This document shows, piece by piece, positions 17,085 to 24,000 of a stretch of DNA of 24,000 bases (within the stretch, counting starts at the first letter, position 1; each line of letters opens with the position of its first letter). The notes under the pieces were generated by a model, which ran no database searches, was not told where the DNA came from, and worked only from the letters and a program-made list of their open reading frames with translations. The position numbers and the translations under genes were made by a program. The DNA is taken from contig DATJZM010000043.1 in the NCBI GenBank assembly GCA_035499135.1, positions 18,721 to 42,720 of the forward strand, read 5' to 3'. Source of the DNA: Casimicrobiaceae bacterium (GTDB lineage Bacteria > Pseudomonadota > Gammaproteobacteria > Burkholderiales > Casimicrobiaceae).

Positions 17085-17879
17085 ATGGCTTTCCATTCGC
17101 TGGAACTTCGGGGCCTCCGCGTACCGGATACTGGCACTACGCCATCGCTGCTCGCGCCACTTAAGGAGGCAGCGGAGCAGGGACGCGATTTGAGACCAGT
17201 GGTTGACGCTATTGTCAATTCTCTTGGTTTCGACAGCGTGATGTATGGGCTAAGTACGGCACTGCGCCCGGGCCAAGACAGTCTAGTCTTCTTCTTCACG
17301 AACGCATCTCTTGAATGGGTGCGTCGTTATGACCAAGAAGCTTACATTGAAGTGGATCCGAGGATAGAGCACGGAGTGGCATCAACGCTACCCCACATGT
17401 GGGACCAATCGACTGATCATGGTAAGTCGTCGCGTGTCGATGCGTTCCTGCGTGATGCAGCCGGTTTCGGTATCTGCAGCGGGGTATCCTTTATCCTTCC
17501 GGACACCCAGCGCGCGTCGGTCATACTGTGTCTGAACTCCAACCTTCGGCGCATCGATGATGAGCGAAGGGCTATGCTCGTGAGCAACTACGGCACGATG
17601 CTGATGTTCGGGTACTATTTTCATGAGCTGTTCATGCGCCACGTTGTTGATGCTGGAATGCCATCGCATCTGCAAGGGGCCCCCCTCACTGCACGTGAGC
17701 GACAGTGCCTCACTATGGCAGCGTGCGGGTTGACTACGGATGACATTGCCGAACGCCTGGGAATCAGGCCCAGAACAGCTCAGTTTCACTTCGACTCAAT
17801 CCGCACCAAACTCGCCGTCGCAACGCGGCACGAAGCCATTGCGCGCGCAGTGCAGACAAGACTTATCACCCTCAGCTAG
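17085..17879 (+). CDS. LuxR-family transcriptional regulator with N-terminal autoinducer (AHL)-binding domain and C-terminal GerE/LuxR HTH; no luxI in the window (LuxR solo)
   Basis: 264 aa. NASLEWVRRYDQEAYIEVDPRIEHGVASTLPHMWD...GFGICSGVSF reproduces the W57/Y61/D70/P71/W85/G113 (TraR numbering) pattern with identical spacing up to W85. C-terminus LTARERQCLTMAACGLTTDDIAERLGIRPRTAQFHFDSIRTKL is a LuxR-type HTH. The start at ATG 17085 is the best guess. Confidence 0.85.
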   Translation: MAFHSLELRGLRVPDTGTTPSLLAPLKEAAEQGRDLRPVVDAIVNSLGFDSVMYGLSTALRPGQDSLVFFFTNASLEWVRRYDQEAYIEVDPRIEHGVASTLPHMWDQSTDHGKSSRVDAFLRDAAGFGICSGVSFILPDTQRASVILCLNSNLRRIDDERRAMLVSNYGTMLMFGYYFHELFMRHVVDAGMPSHLQGAPLTARERQCLTMAACGLTTDDIAERLGIRPRTAQFHFDSIRTKLAVATRHEAIARAVQTRLITLS

Positions 17880-17955
17880 TTCGCTTAGCTGCGAGGCGTA
17901 GGGGGTCGCTAAGGAAGAATAGCCCATCCGTTCGAGCGCGGGCGGTGTTACTTAC

Positions 17956-18675
17956 CTACAACCTCCTCCACACCCCCTCCACCAGCCCCTCGATCGGCCT
18001 GAAGCTAGCCTTGTAGGCCATCTTACGGCTCTCGGCGATCCAGTAACCCAGGTACAGGTAGGGCAGCCCCAGCAGGCGACAGCGCTCGATCTGCCAGAGC
18101 ACGTTGTAGGTGCCGTAGCTCACCCCGGAGCCGCCCGGCTCGAAGAAGGTATATACCGACGACAGCCCATCGTGGAGACGGTCGACCAGGCTTACCATCC
18201 GTAGGCGGCCCTCCTCCCGAAACTCGAAAAGGTCGGTAGACACGTTGCTGTGCAGCAGGAAATGCTGGTATTGCTCGCGGCTGTCCTGGTCCATGCCTCC
18301 GCCGGGGTGCCGGTGGCGCTGATAGCGGAGGTACAGCGCGTAATGTTCGCTATCGAACTGCAAACTGCGCTTAACTGCCGCTAACTCGCCGTGCCTTTTC
18401 CAGGTCCGGCGCTGGCTGCGGGAGGGGGTGAACTCGCCTACCGCGACCCGGACAGGCACGCAGGCCCTGCAGTGGTCGCAGTAGGGCCGATACGTGAAAG
18501 CCCCGCTGCGCCGGAAGCCCAGCCGGACCAGGTCGGCATAGACCCGGGCGTCAATCAGATGGCTGGGGGTGGCCACCTGCGAGCGCGCCGCACGGCCCGG
18601 CAGATAGCTGCACGGGTACGGGGCCGTAGCGTAGAACTGCAGCGCGGCGAGTGGCAGGTCGTTGAGCTTGGTCAT
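17956..18675 (-). CDS. bpt: Arginyltransferase-family aspartate/glutamate leucyltransferase (bacterial N-degron pathway)
   Basis: 239-aa [37 protein letters not shown]...[25 protein letters not shown]...[19 protein letters not shown]. Its ATG overlaps the aat stop (ATGA). Confidence 0.9.
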   Translation of the reverse strand: MTKLNDLPLAALQFYATAPYPCSYLPGRAARSQVATPSHLIDARVYADLVRLGFRRSGAFTYRPYCDHCRACVPVRVAVGEFTPSRSQRRTWKRHGELAAVKRSLQFDSEHYALYLRYQRHRHPGGGMDQDSREQYQHFLLHSNVSTDLFEFREEGRLRMVSLVDRLHDGLSSVYTFFEPGGSGVSYGTYNVLWQIERCRLLGLPYLYLGYWIAESRKMAYKASFRPIEGLVEGVWRRL

Positions 18676-19400
18676 CGCTTCGCGGCTTCGACCTCATCGG
18701 CGGGCGCCCACGGCTCAGCGGGCTGTGGGCAGTTTACCAACCGCGAAAGCCAGTCCGCAAACTGGCGTCGCGGAATCGGACGCGCACCAAACCGAGCCAG
18801 ATGTTGTGTTTCCTGCTGGCAATCAATCACCGGCATGTCCTTGGCCCTCAGCAGCGCCACGAGCGCCGCCAGAGCGACCTTGGAGGCGTCCGCTTCCTTG
18901 GCGAACATCGACTCGCCGAAGAACATGCGTCCGATCGCCACGCCGTAGAGGCCGCCGACCAGGCTTCCGTTGCGCCATGCTTCGACCGAGTGGGCATATC
19001 CCAGGCGATGCAGCCGCGCGTACGCGTCCACGACCGGCGGCGAGATCCACGTCCCGCTCTGGCCCTCGCGTGGCTCGGAGCAGCCTTGCATCACCTCGCG
19101 GAACGCGGTGTCCACGCGTAGATCGAAGGGACGCGTCTTCAGCTTCTTCTGCAGCGATCGCGGAACCCGAAACTCCTCGGTGAATAGCACCATCCGCGGG
19201 TCCGGGCTCCACCACAGGATCGGCTGCCCCTCGTTGTACCAGGGGAAGATGCCGTGTCGGTACGCTGCGAGCAGGCTCTCGGGCGAAAGGTCGCCGCCGG
19301 CCGCGAGCAATCCGTTGGGATCGCCGAGGGCGGCGTCGAGCGGAGGGAACGGCGAGCCGGAGCGCAACCAGGGGACCACAGCGCAATTCTGCCGCCGCAC
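18672..19400 (-). CDS. aat: Leucyl/phenylalanyl-tRNA--protein transferase
   Basis: 242 aa. [46 protein letters not shown]...[18 protein letters not shown] aligns with recalled E. coli Aat. Confidence 0.92.
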   Translation of the reverse strand: MRRQNCAVVPWLRSGSPFPPLDAALGDPNGLLAAGGDLSPESLLAAYRHGIFPWYNEGQPILWWSPDPRMVLFTEEFRVPRSLQKKLKTRPFDLRVDTAFREVMQGCSEPREGQSGTWISPPVVDAYARLHRLGYAHSVEAWRNGSLVGGLYGVAIGRMFFGESMFAKEADASKVALAALVALLRAKDMPVIDCQQETQHLARFGARPIPRRQFADWLSRLVNCPQPAEPWAPADEVEAAKR

Positions 19401-19444
19401 ACTGCGCTGAACAAGCTGCGCGATAATCCTGTCGGAGGACGAAG

Positions 19445-20020
19445 GTGATGGCTCAGCTGCGGCGCTGCGCGTGGGCGGGAACCGATCCGCGCATGATCGC
19501 CTACCACGACGAGGAATGGGGCGTCCCGGTTCACGACGACCGGCGCTTCTTCGAGTTCCTCACCCTCGAAGGCGCCCAGGCGGGGCTCTCGTGGCAGACG
19601 ATCCTCAACAAGCGCGAGGCTTATCGCGAGGCCTTCGCGGGCTTCGACCCTACCCGCGTCGCCCGCTTCGACCGTCGGCGCGTTGCGCGGCTCCTCACGA
19701 ACCCCGGCATCGTGCGCAACCGGCTCAAGGTCGAAAGCACGGTCAGCAACGCTCGCGCGTTTCTCGCCGTGCAGCGCGAGCATGGCGGCTTCGATCGCTA
19801 TGTCTGGCGCTTCGTGGGCGGACGCCCCAAGAGGAATCGCTGGCGAAGCCTGGCGGACGTGCCGGCGCGAACGCCGGAGTCCGACGCGCTCTCGGCTGCG
19901 CTCGCCAAGCTGGGGTTCCGGTTCGTTGGTTCGACGATCTGTTACGCGTTCATGCAGGCGACCGGGCTGGTCGACGATCACCTGGTGAGCTGCTTCAGGA
20001 AGTCTCGGCGTCGGCCGTAG
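19445..20020 (+). CDS. tag: DNA-3-methyladenine glycosylase I
   Basis: RCAWAGTDPRMIAYHDEEWGVPVHDDRRFFEFLTLEGAQAGLSWQTILNKREAYREAF...FVGSTICYAFMQATGLVDDH. GGAGG at 19434-19438. Start is either GTG 19445 or ATG 19448. Confidence 0.9.
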   Translation: MMAQLRRCAWAGTDPRMIAYHDEEWGVPVHDDRRFFEFLTLEGAQAGLSWQTILNKREAYREAFAGFDPTRVARFDRRRVARLLTNPGIVRNRLKVESTVSNARAFLAVQREHGGFDRYVWRFVGGRPKRNRWRSLADVPARTPESDALSAALAKLGFRFVGSTICYAFMQATGLVDDHLVSCFRKSRRRP

Positions 20021-21809
20021 CCTGCGTGTCCGACTCGTTGCCGGAGCCGAACTGCAGCTCGGCCAGTCGCCGGTAGAGCGGATCGTCGCGCAGCAGCGAC
20101 GCGTGCGTGCCCTCGGCGAGCAGCGCTCCGCCCTCGAGCACGACGATGCGATCCGCGCCGATCACCGTCGCGAGCCGGTGGGCGATGATCAGCGTCGTTC
20201 GACCTGACATGAGGCGCGCAAGCGCGAGCTGCACCATGCGCTCGCTCTCCGCATCGAGAGCGCTTGTCGCCTCGTCGAGCAGCAGGATCGGCCGTCGCGA
20301 GAGCACGGCGCGCGCGATCGCGAGACGCTGGCGCTGGCCGCCCGAGAGCCTCACGCCGCGTTCTCCCAATTGTGTTTCGAAGCCCTGCGGCAAATGGCCG
20401 AGGAACTCGGTCGCATACGCCGCATCGCAGGCCTTGCGCACGTCTTCGTCGCTCGCGTCGGTCCGCCCGTAGCGCACGTTCTCCCACACGCTGGCCGCGA
20501 AGATCACCGGCTCCTGTGGCACGACCGCGATCCGCTCGCGCAACGCGCGGGGGTCCACTCGTCTTACGTCGACCCCGTCCACGCGCACAGTGCCGTGCTG
20601 CGGATCGTAGAAGCGAAGCAGGAGCTGGAACACGGTCGTCTTGCCCGCACCGGACGGCCCCACGAGGGCCACGCGCTCGCCGGGCGCAATGCGCAGCGAA
20701 AGGCCGCGCACGGCGGGATCGTTGGGGCGCGAGGGATAGGTGAATGTCACCTGCTCGAGCGCCACGGTGGCAGGCGATGGGTCCGGCAGCGCGAGCGGAG
20801 TGGCAGGAGCCGCGATCTCGGGAACCGTGTCGAGCAGCTCCAGCAGGCGCTCCGTGGCGCCCGCTGCGCGCTGCAGCTCGCCGGCGACCTCGCTCACCGC
20901 CCCGACCGAGGTCGCGACGATTACCGCATAGAAGACGAAAGCCAGAAGCTGACCTGGAGACAGCCTCCCGGCAAGAACGTCATGACCGCCGATCCAGAGG
21001 ATGATTCCCACGGCGACGAAGACAAGAAAGATCACTGCGGCAATCAGCAGCCCCCGCTGCCGTATGCGGCGCACGCCTGCCGCGAAAGCGGCCTCCACCC
21101 GCTGCGCATAGCCACTGCTCTCCTCTGGCTCGTGCGCATAGGCCTGCACCGTCCGGATCTCGTGGATGGCCTCGTCGACGTACGCGCCGGTGTCGGCCAC
21201 GCGATCCTGGCTTGTCCGCGCAAGGCGGCGGACGCGGCGCCCGAAGAGGATGATCGGCAGGACGACGACCGGCAGCCCCGCGAGCACGAGCAGCGTGAGC
21301 TTGAGGCTGGTCAGCGTGAGCAACACCAGGGCGCCGATGCCGAGCACGACGTTGCGCAGTGCGAGCGAAAGGCTCGAGCCGATTACGCTCTCGAGCATCG
21401 TCGTGTCATTGGTCAAGCGCGAGATCACCTCGCCCGTGCGCGTGACCTCGAAGAAGCCGGGCGAGAGCGTAAGCAGATGGTCGAAGACCCGCCGGCGCAG
21501 GTCCGCCGTCACGCGCTCGCCGATCCAGGACACCGTGTAGAAACGCACGTAGGTGGCGACAGCCATTACCGCGATGATCCCCAAGAGCGCAATCAGTGCC
21601 TGGTCGAGCGCGTGGCCGTCGTTGGCGGTGAACCCGCGGTCGACGACGAGCTTCAGCCCCTGCCCCACGGCCAGCGTGCAGCCGGCGGCGATCAGCAGGG
21701 CCGTCCCAGCGATCGCGAATCGACCGCGATACGGCAGCAGAAACTCGCCGAGACGGTGAAAGCTGCGCAACTTCGGCGACACTGCATTCGCCTCGGAGCG
21801 GGAAGCCAT
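19995..21809 (-). CDS. ABC transporter, fused permease/ATPase (ABCB / MsbA-Atm1-like exporter)
   Basis: 604 aa from MASRSEANAVSPKLRSFHRLGEFLLPYRGRF.... Six-TM exporter domain, then Walker A GPSGAGKTT, signature LSGGQRQR and Walker B ILLLDEATSALD. The ORF-track extension to 22082 overlaps the MFS-like frame and is rejected. Confidence 0.9.
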   Translation of the reverse strand: MASRSEANAVSPKLRSFHRLGEFLLPYRGRFAIAGTALLIAAGCTLAVGQGLKLVVDRGFTANDGHALDQALIALLGIIAVMAVATYVRFYTVSWIGERVTADLRRRVFDHLLTLSPGFFEVTRTGEVISRLTNDTTMLESVIGSSLSLALRNVVLGIGALVLLTLTSLKLTLLVLAGLPVVVLPIILFGRRVRRLARTSQDRVADTGAYVDEAIHEIRTVQAYAHEPEESSGYAQRVEAAFAAGVRRIRQRGLLIAAVIFLVFVAVGIILWIGGHDVLAGRLSPGQLLAFVFYAVIVATSVGAVSEVAGELQRAAGATERLLELLDTVPEIAAPATPLALPDPSPATVALEQVTFTYPSRPNDPAVRGLSLRIAPGERVALVGPSGAGKTTVFQLLLRFYDPQHGTVRVDGVDVRRVDPRALRERIAVVPQEPVIFAASVWENVRYGRTDASDEDVRKACDAAYATEFLGHLPQGFETQLGERGVRLSGGQRQRLAIARAVLSRRPILLLDEATSALDAESERMVQLALARLMSGRTTLIIAHRLATVIGADRIVVLEGGALLAEGTHASLLRDDPLYRRLAELQFGSGNESDTQATADAETS

Positions 21810-21813
21810 GGCG

Positions 21814-22002
21814 TTACCGCAGCTGCGTCGTCTGGTCGCCTGCCGGAAAGAATTCGGACGCGAAGTAAAGCGCGGTAAACGAGTAGACGTAAAAGTCGTA
21901 CCACTCGACGAGATTCCCTGAGGATCCGCCAACGATCGCCCACACGCGGCGACCGGTGTCCGATTTGCCGATACTGCGCTGCGGGTGGGCGACGGTAGCC
22001 AT
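21814..22002 (-). pseudogene. N-terminal remnant (62 codons) of an MHS-family MFS transporter (KgtP/ProP-like)
   Basis: [62 protein letters not shown]. The G.GN.VEWYDF..Y......F...FFP..d motif is the hallmark N-terminus of roughly 430-aa MHS symporters. Strong AAGGAG lies 6 nt upstream. TAA stop is 4 nt before the ABC exporter ATG. Confidence 0.6.
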
Positions 22003-22196
22003 GGCGTTCTCCTTCTTTCCGGGGACGCCGTCGTTCTACACCGGCACGTCCTGCAAGCCAAGCTCCGGCCGGCAGTAGGCACGGCGCTGGCAACCCCTTA
22101 GAATCCGCAACTCGCCGCGCGAAGGACCCTGCTCACCGCCGGGATTGCACTTGCGGAGGCGGCTCACCTTCTATCGATTCGCTCCAGGGCTCCCCC

Positions 22197-23711
22197 ATGA
22201 CCGCTGATGCCGACTTCATCGAACTCAAGCAACGCCTGAAAACCATCGAGAGCCTGCGCGAAGCGGAGTACGCGCTGATCTGGGACCAGGCCACGTACAT
22301 GCCGCCGAGCGCCGCGCCGTCTCGCGGCCAGCAGCTCGCCTTGCTCAGCAGCCTGGCGCACGAGCGCATGGCCGATCCGGCGATGGGCGGGCTGCTCGAT
22401 GCGGTGGCGCCGTGGGCGGAAGCGCAGGGAACCGACTCCGACGCCGCCGCGCTGGTGCGCGTGACGCGCCGCGAGCATGAGCGCGCGAAGCGCGTTCCGC
22501 CCGCCTTCGTGCAGCGTCTCAGCCAGCATACGGCGGAGACTTACGACGTGTGGCAGCGCGCCCGCCCGGCCAACGACTTCGCGGCGGTGCGCGACCGGCT
22601 GGAGACTACGGTCGAGCTCAGCCGTGAGCTCGCGGCCTTCCATCCCAGCCACGGCCATCCCTACGATGCGCTGGTCGATCTCGCGGAGGACGGCATGACG
22701 GTCAGCATGGTGCGCTCGCTTTTCGACGAGCTGCGCCCTGGGCTCGTGTCGCTGATCGAAGCGATCCGTCGGCGCCCCGAGCCCGACACGCGATGCCTTC
22801 GCGGCGACTTCCCCGAGATCGGCCAAAAAGAATTCGGGGAAAAGGTCATCCGCGCGTTCGGCTACGACTTCTCGCGCGGCCGGCAGGACAAGACCGCGCA
22901 TCCGTTCATGATCAAGCTCGGGCGCGGCGACGTGCGCATCACTTCCCGCTATCGCGACGACGACCTGTCCGAGGGTCTGTTCTCGACGCTGCACGAAGCC
23001 GGGCACGCGATGTACGAGCAAGGCATCGACGACGCGCTGGAGGGCACTCCGCTCTACCATGGGACAACAGCCGGCGTGCACGAGAGCCAGTCGAGGCTTT
23101 GGGAGAATCTCGTCGGGCGCAGCCTGCCGTTCTGGCGCCACTGGTACGCGTCGCTCAAGCGAACCTTTCCGCGCGCGCTCGATCGCGTCGACGTCGACAC
23201 GTTCTACGGCGCCATCAACAAGGTCACGCCCTCGCTCGTGCGCACCGGCGCCGACGAGGTCACCTACAACCTGCACGTGATGCTGCGCTTCGACTTCGAG
23301 CTCGCCCTGCTCGAAGGCAAGCTCGCGGTGGCCGATCTTCCCGAGGCGTGGCGGGCGCGCATCAAGCGCGATCTCGGCGTCGTGCCTGCCGACGACCGCG
23401 ACGGCGTGCTGCAGGATGTGCACTGGTACGGCGGTGTCGTCGGCGGGGCCTTCCAGAGCTACACGCTGGGCAACATCATGAGCGCGCAGTTCTTCGCTGC
23501 GGCGAGACGTGACATTCCCGACCTCGAGGCGAAGATCGGCGCAGGTGATTTCGGCGCTCTACGCGGATGGCTCACCGAGCGCATCTACCGCCACGGGCGC
23601 AAGTTCACCGCGCCGGAGATCGTCGAGCGGGCGACCGGCGAGCCCCTGTCGATCGCGCCGTATCTGTCCTACCTCAATACGAAGTACGGCGCTCTCTACG
23701 GCCTGTCGTGA
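22197..23711 (+). CDS. Carboxypeptidase Taq-type (peptidase family M32) metallopeptidase
   Basis: 504 aa. HPF motif (KTAHPFM), zinc site HEAGHAMYEQG, plus HESQSRLWEN, DEVTYNLHVMLRFDFE and GAFQSYTLGNIMSAQ. Confidence 0.92.
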   Translation: MTADADFIELKQRLKTIESLREAEYALIWDQATYMPPSAAPSRGQQLALLSSLAHERMADPAMGGLLDAVAPWAEAQGTDSDAAALVRVTRREHERAKRVPPAFVQRLSQHTAETYDVWQRARPANDFAAVRDRLETTVELSRELAAFHPSHGHPYDALVDLAEDGMTVSMVRSLFDELRPGLVSLIEAIRRRPEPDTRCLRGDFPEIGQKEFGEKVIRAFGYDFSRGRQDKTAHPFMIKLGRGDVRITSRYRDDDLSEGLFSTLHEAGHAMYEQGIDDALEGTPLYHGTTAGVHESQSRLWENLVGRSLPFWRHWYASLKRTFPRALDRVDVDTFYGAINKVTPSLVRTGADEVTYNLHVMLRFDFELALLEGKLAVADLPEAWRARIKRDLGVVPADDRDGVLQDVHWYGGVVGGAFQSYTLGNIMSAQFFAAARRDIPDLEAKIGAGDFGALRGWLTERIYRHGRKFTAPEIVERATGEPLSIAPYLSYLNTKYGALYGLS

Positions 23712-23745
23712 GAGCCGCCTTCGCGCGAGCGCTCATCGGCGAGCG

Positions 23746-23774
23746 TTGCCGATGCTCATCGCCGCGCGTATCAT
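23746..23774 (+). promoter_or_regulatory. Candidate sigma70 promoter for tRNA-Arg
   Basis: TTGCCG-17 nt-TATCAT. The -10 element ends 29 nt before the mature tRNA 5' end. Confidence 0.3.
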
Positions 23775-23803
23775 CGCCGCCAAAATGCAGGTCGGCACAC
23801 TAC

Positions 23804-23879
23804 GCCCACGTAGCTCAGTGGATAGAGCGAGCGCCTCCTAAGCGCTAGGTCGCCGGTTCGACTCCGGCCGTGGGTGCCA
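23804..23879 (+). tRNA. tRNA-Arg (anticodon CCU)
   Basis: Hand-folded: acceptor GCCCACG/CGUGGGU (G1-U72), D arm GCUC-AGUGGAUA-GAGC, anticodon arm AGCGC-CUCCUAA-GCGCU, T arm GCCGG-UUCGACU-CCGGC, encoded CCA. Confidence 0.93.
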
Positions 23880-23916
23880 ACTGGCGCAAGCCGCAAGCGC
23901 CACGCGGAGCGGGCGC

Positions 23917-24000
23917 TCAGACCTTGACGGCGGGGTTCAGCGTGTAGACGCCGGTGAGGGTCGCCTGCGCGAGGACGTGCCCCGACGTCGCCGCCCGCGC
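23917..24000 (-). CDS. 3' end of an unidentified protein-coding gene (continues beyond the window)
   Basis: The minus-strand frame is open from the window edge to TGA (complement of 23917-23919). 27 codons have strongly G/C-biased third positions (...GHVLAQATLTGVYTLNPAVKV*). Too short to assign a product. Confidence 0.4.
   Translation of the reverse strand, partial: ARAATSGHVLAQATLTGVYTLNPAVKV

Noticed and set aside
23731-23780. Short direct repeats CTCATCGGCG / CTCATCGCCG / ATCATCGCCG and the hairpin CATCGGC-GAGCGTT-GCCGATG downstream of the M32 gene.
   Set aside because: These are low-complexity GC-rich repetition of only about 10 nt. They are most simply explained as a weak terminator hairpin overlapping the tRNA-Arg promoter, and are not distinctive enough to call a repeat element.

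Overview
High-GC (about 68-72% in sampled lines) proteobacterial chromosomal segment, mostly conserved housekeeping genes. All calls rest on reading the supplied translations and sequence by eye, with no database search. In order: the distal end of a type II secretion operon (gspK partial, gspL, gspM, gspN); a DUF1624-type membrane protein; tRNA-Val(GAC); the conserved thrS-infC-rpmI-rplT-pheS-pheT-ihfA-merR-like block; and tRNA-Pro(GGG). Next comes a signalling locus: a REC+HD-GYP response regulator (RpfG-like), an RpfF-family crotonase (DSF-type signal synthase), a convergent RpfC-like hybrid sensor kinase, and a divergent LuxR-family regulator with an AHL-type ligand-binding domain. After that: the N-degron transferases bpt and aat, tag, an ABCB-type exporter preceded by a 62-codon remnant of an MHS-family MFS transporter, an M32 carboxypeptidase, tRNA-Arg(CCU), and the 3' end of one more minus-strand gene. 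The main point of interest is the 13.1-17.95 kb stretch (rpfF-like, hybrid kinase, luxR solo). It has much lower GC (about 42-58% in sampled lines) than its flanks and no mobility genes. It also puts a DSF-type synthase/sensor pair beside a LuxR solo that looks AHL-competent, and its upstream region carries phased TGTAG / lux-box-half-site motifs.
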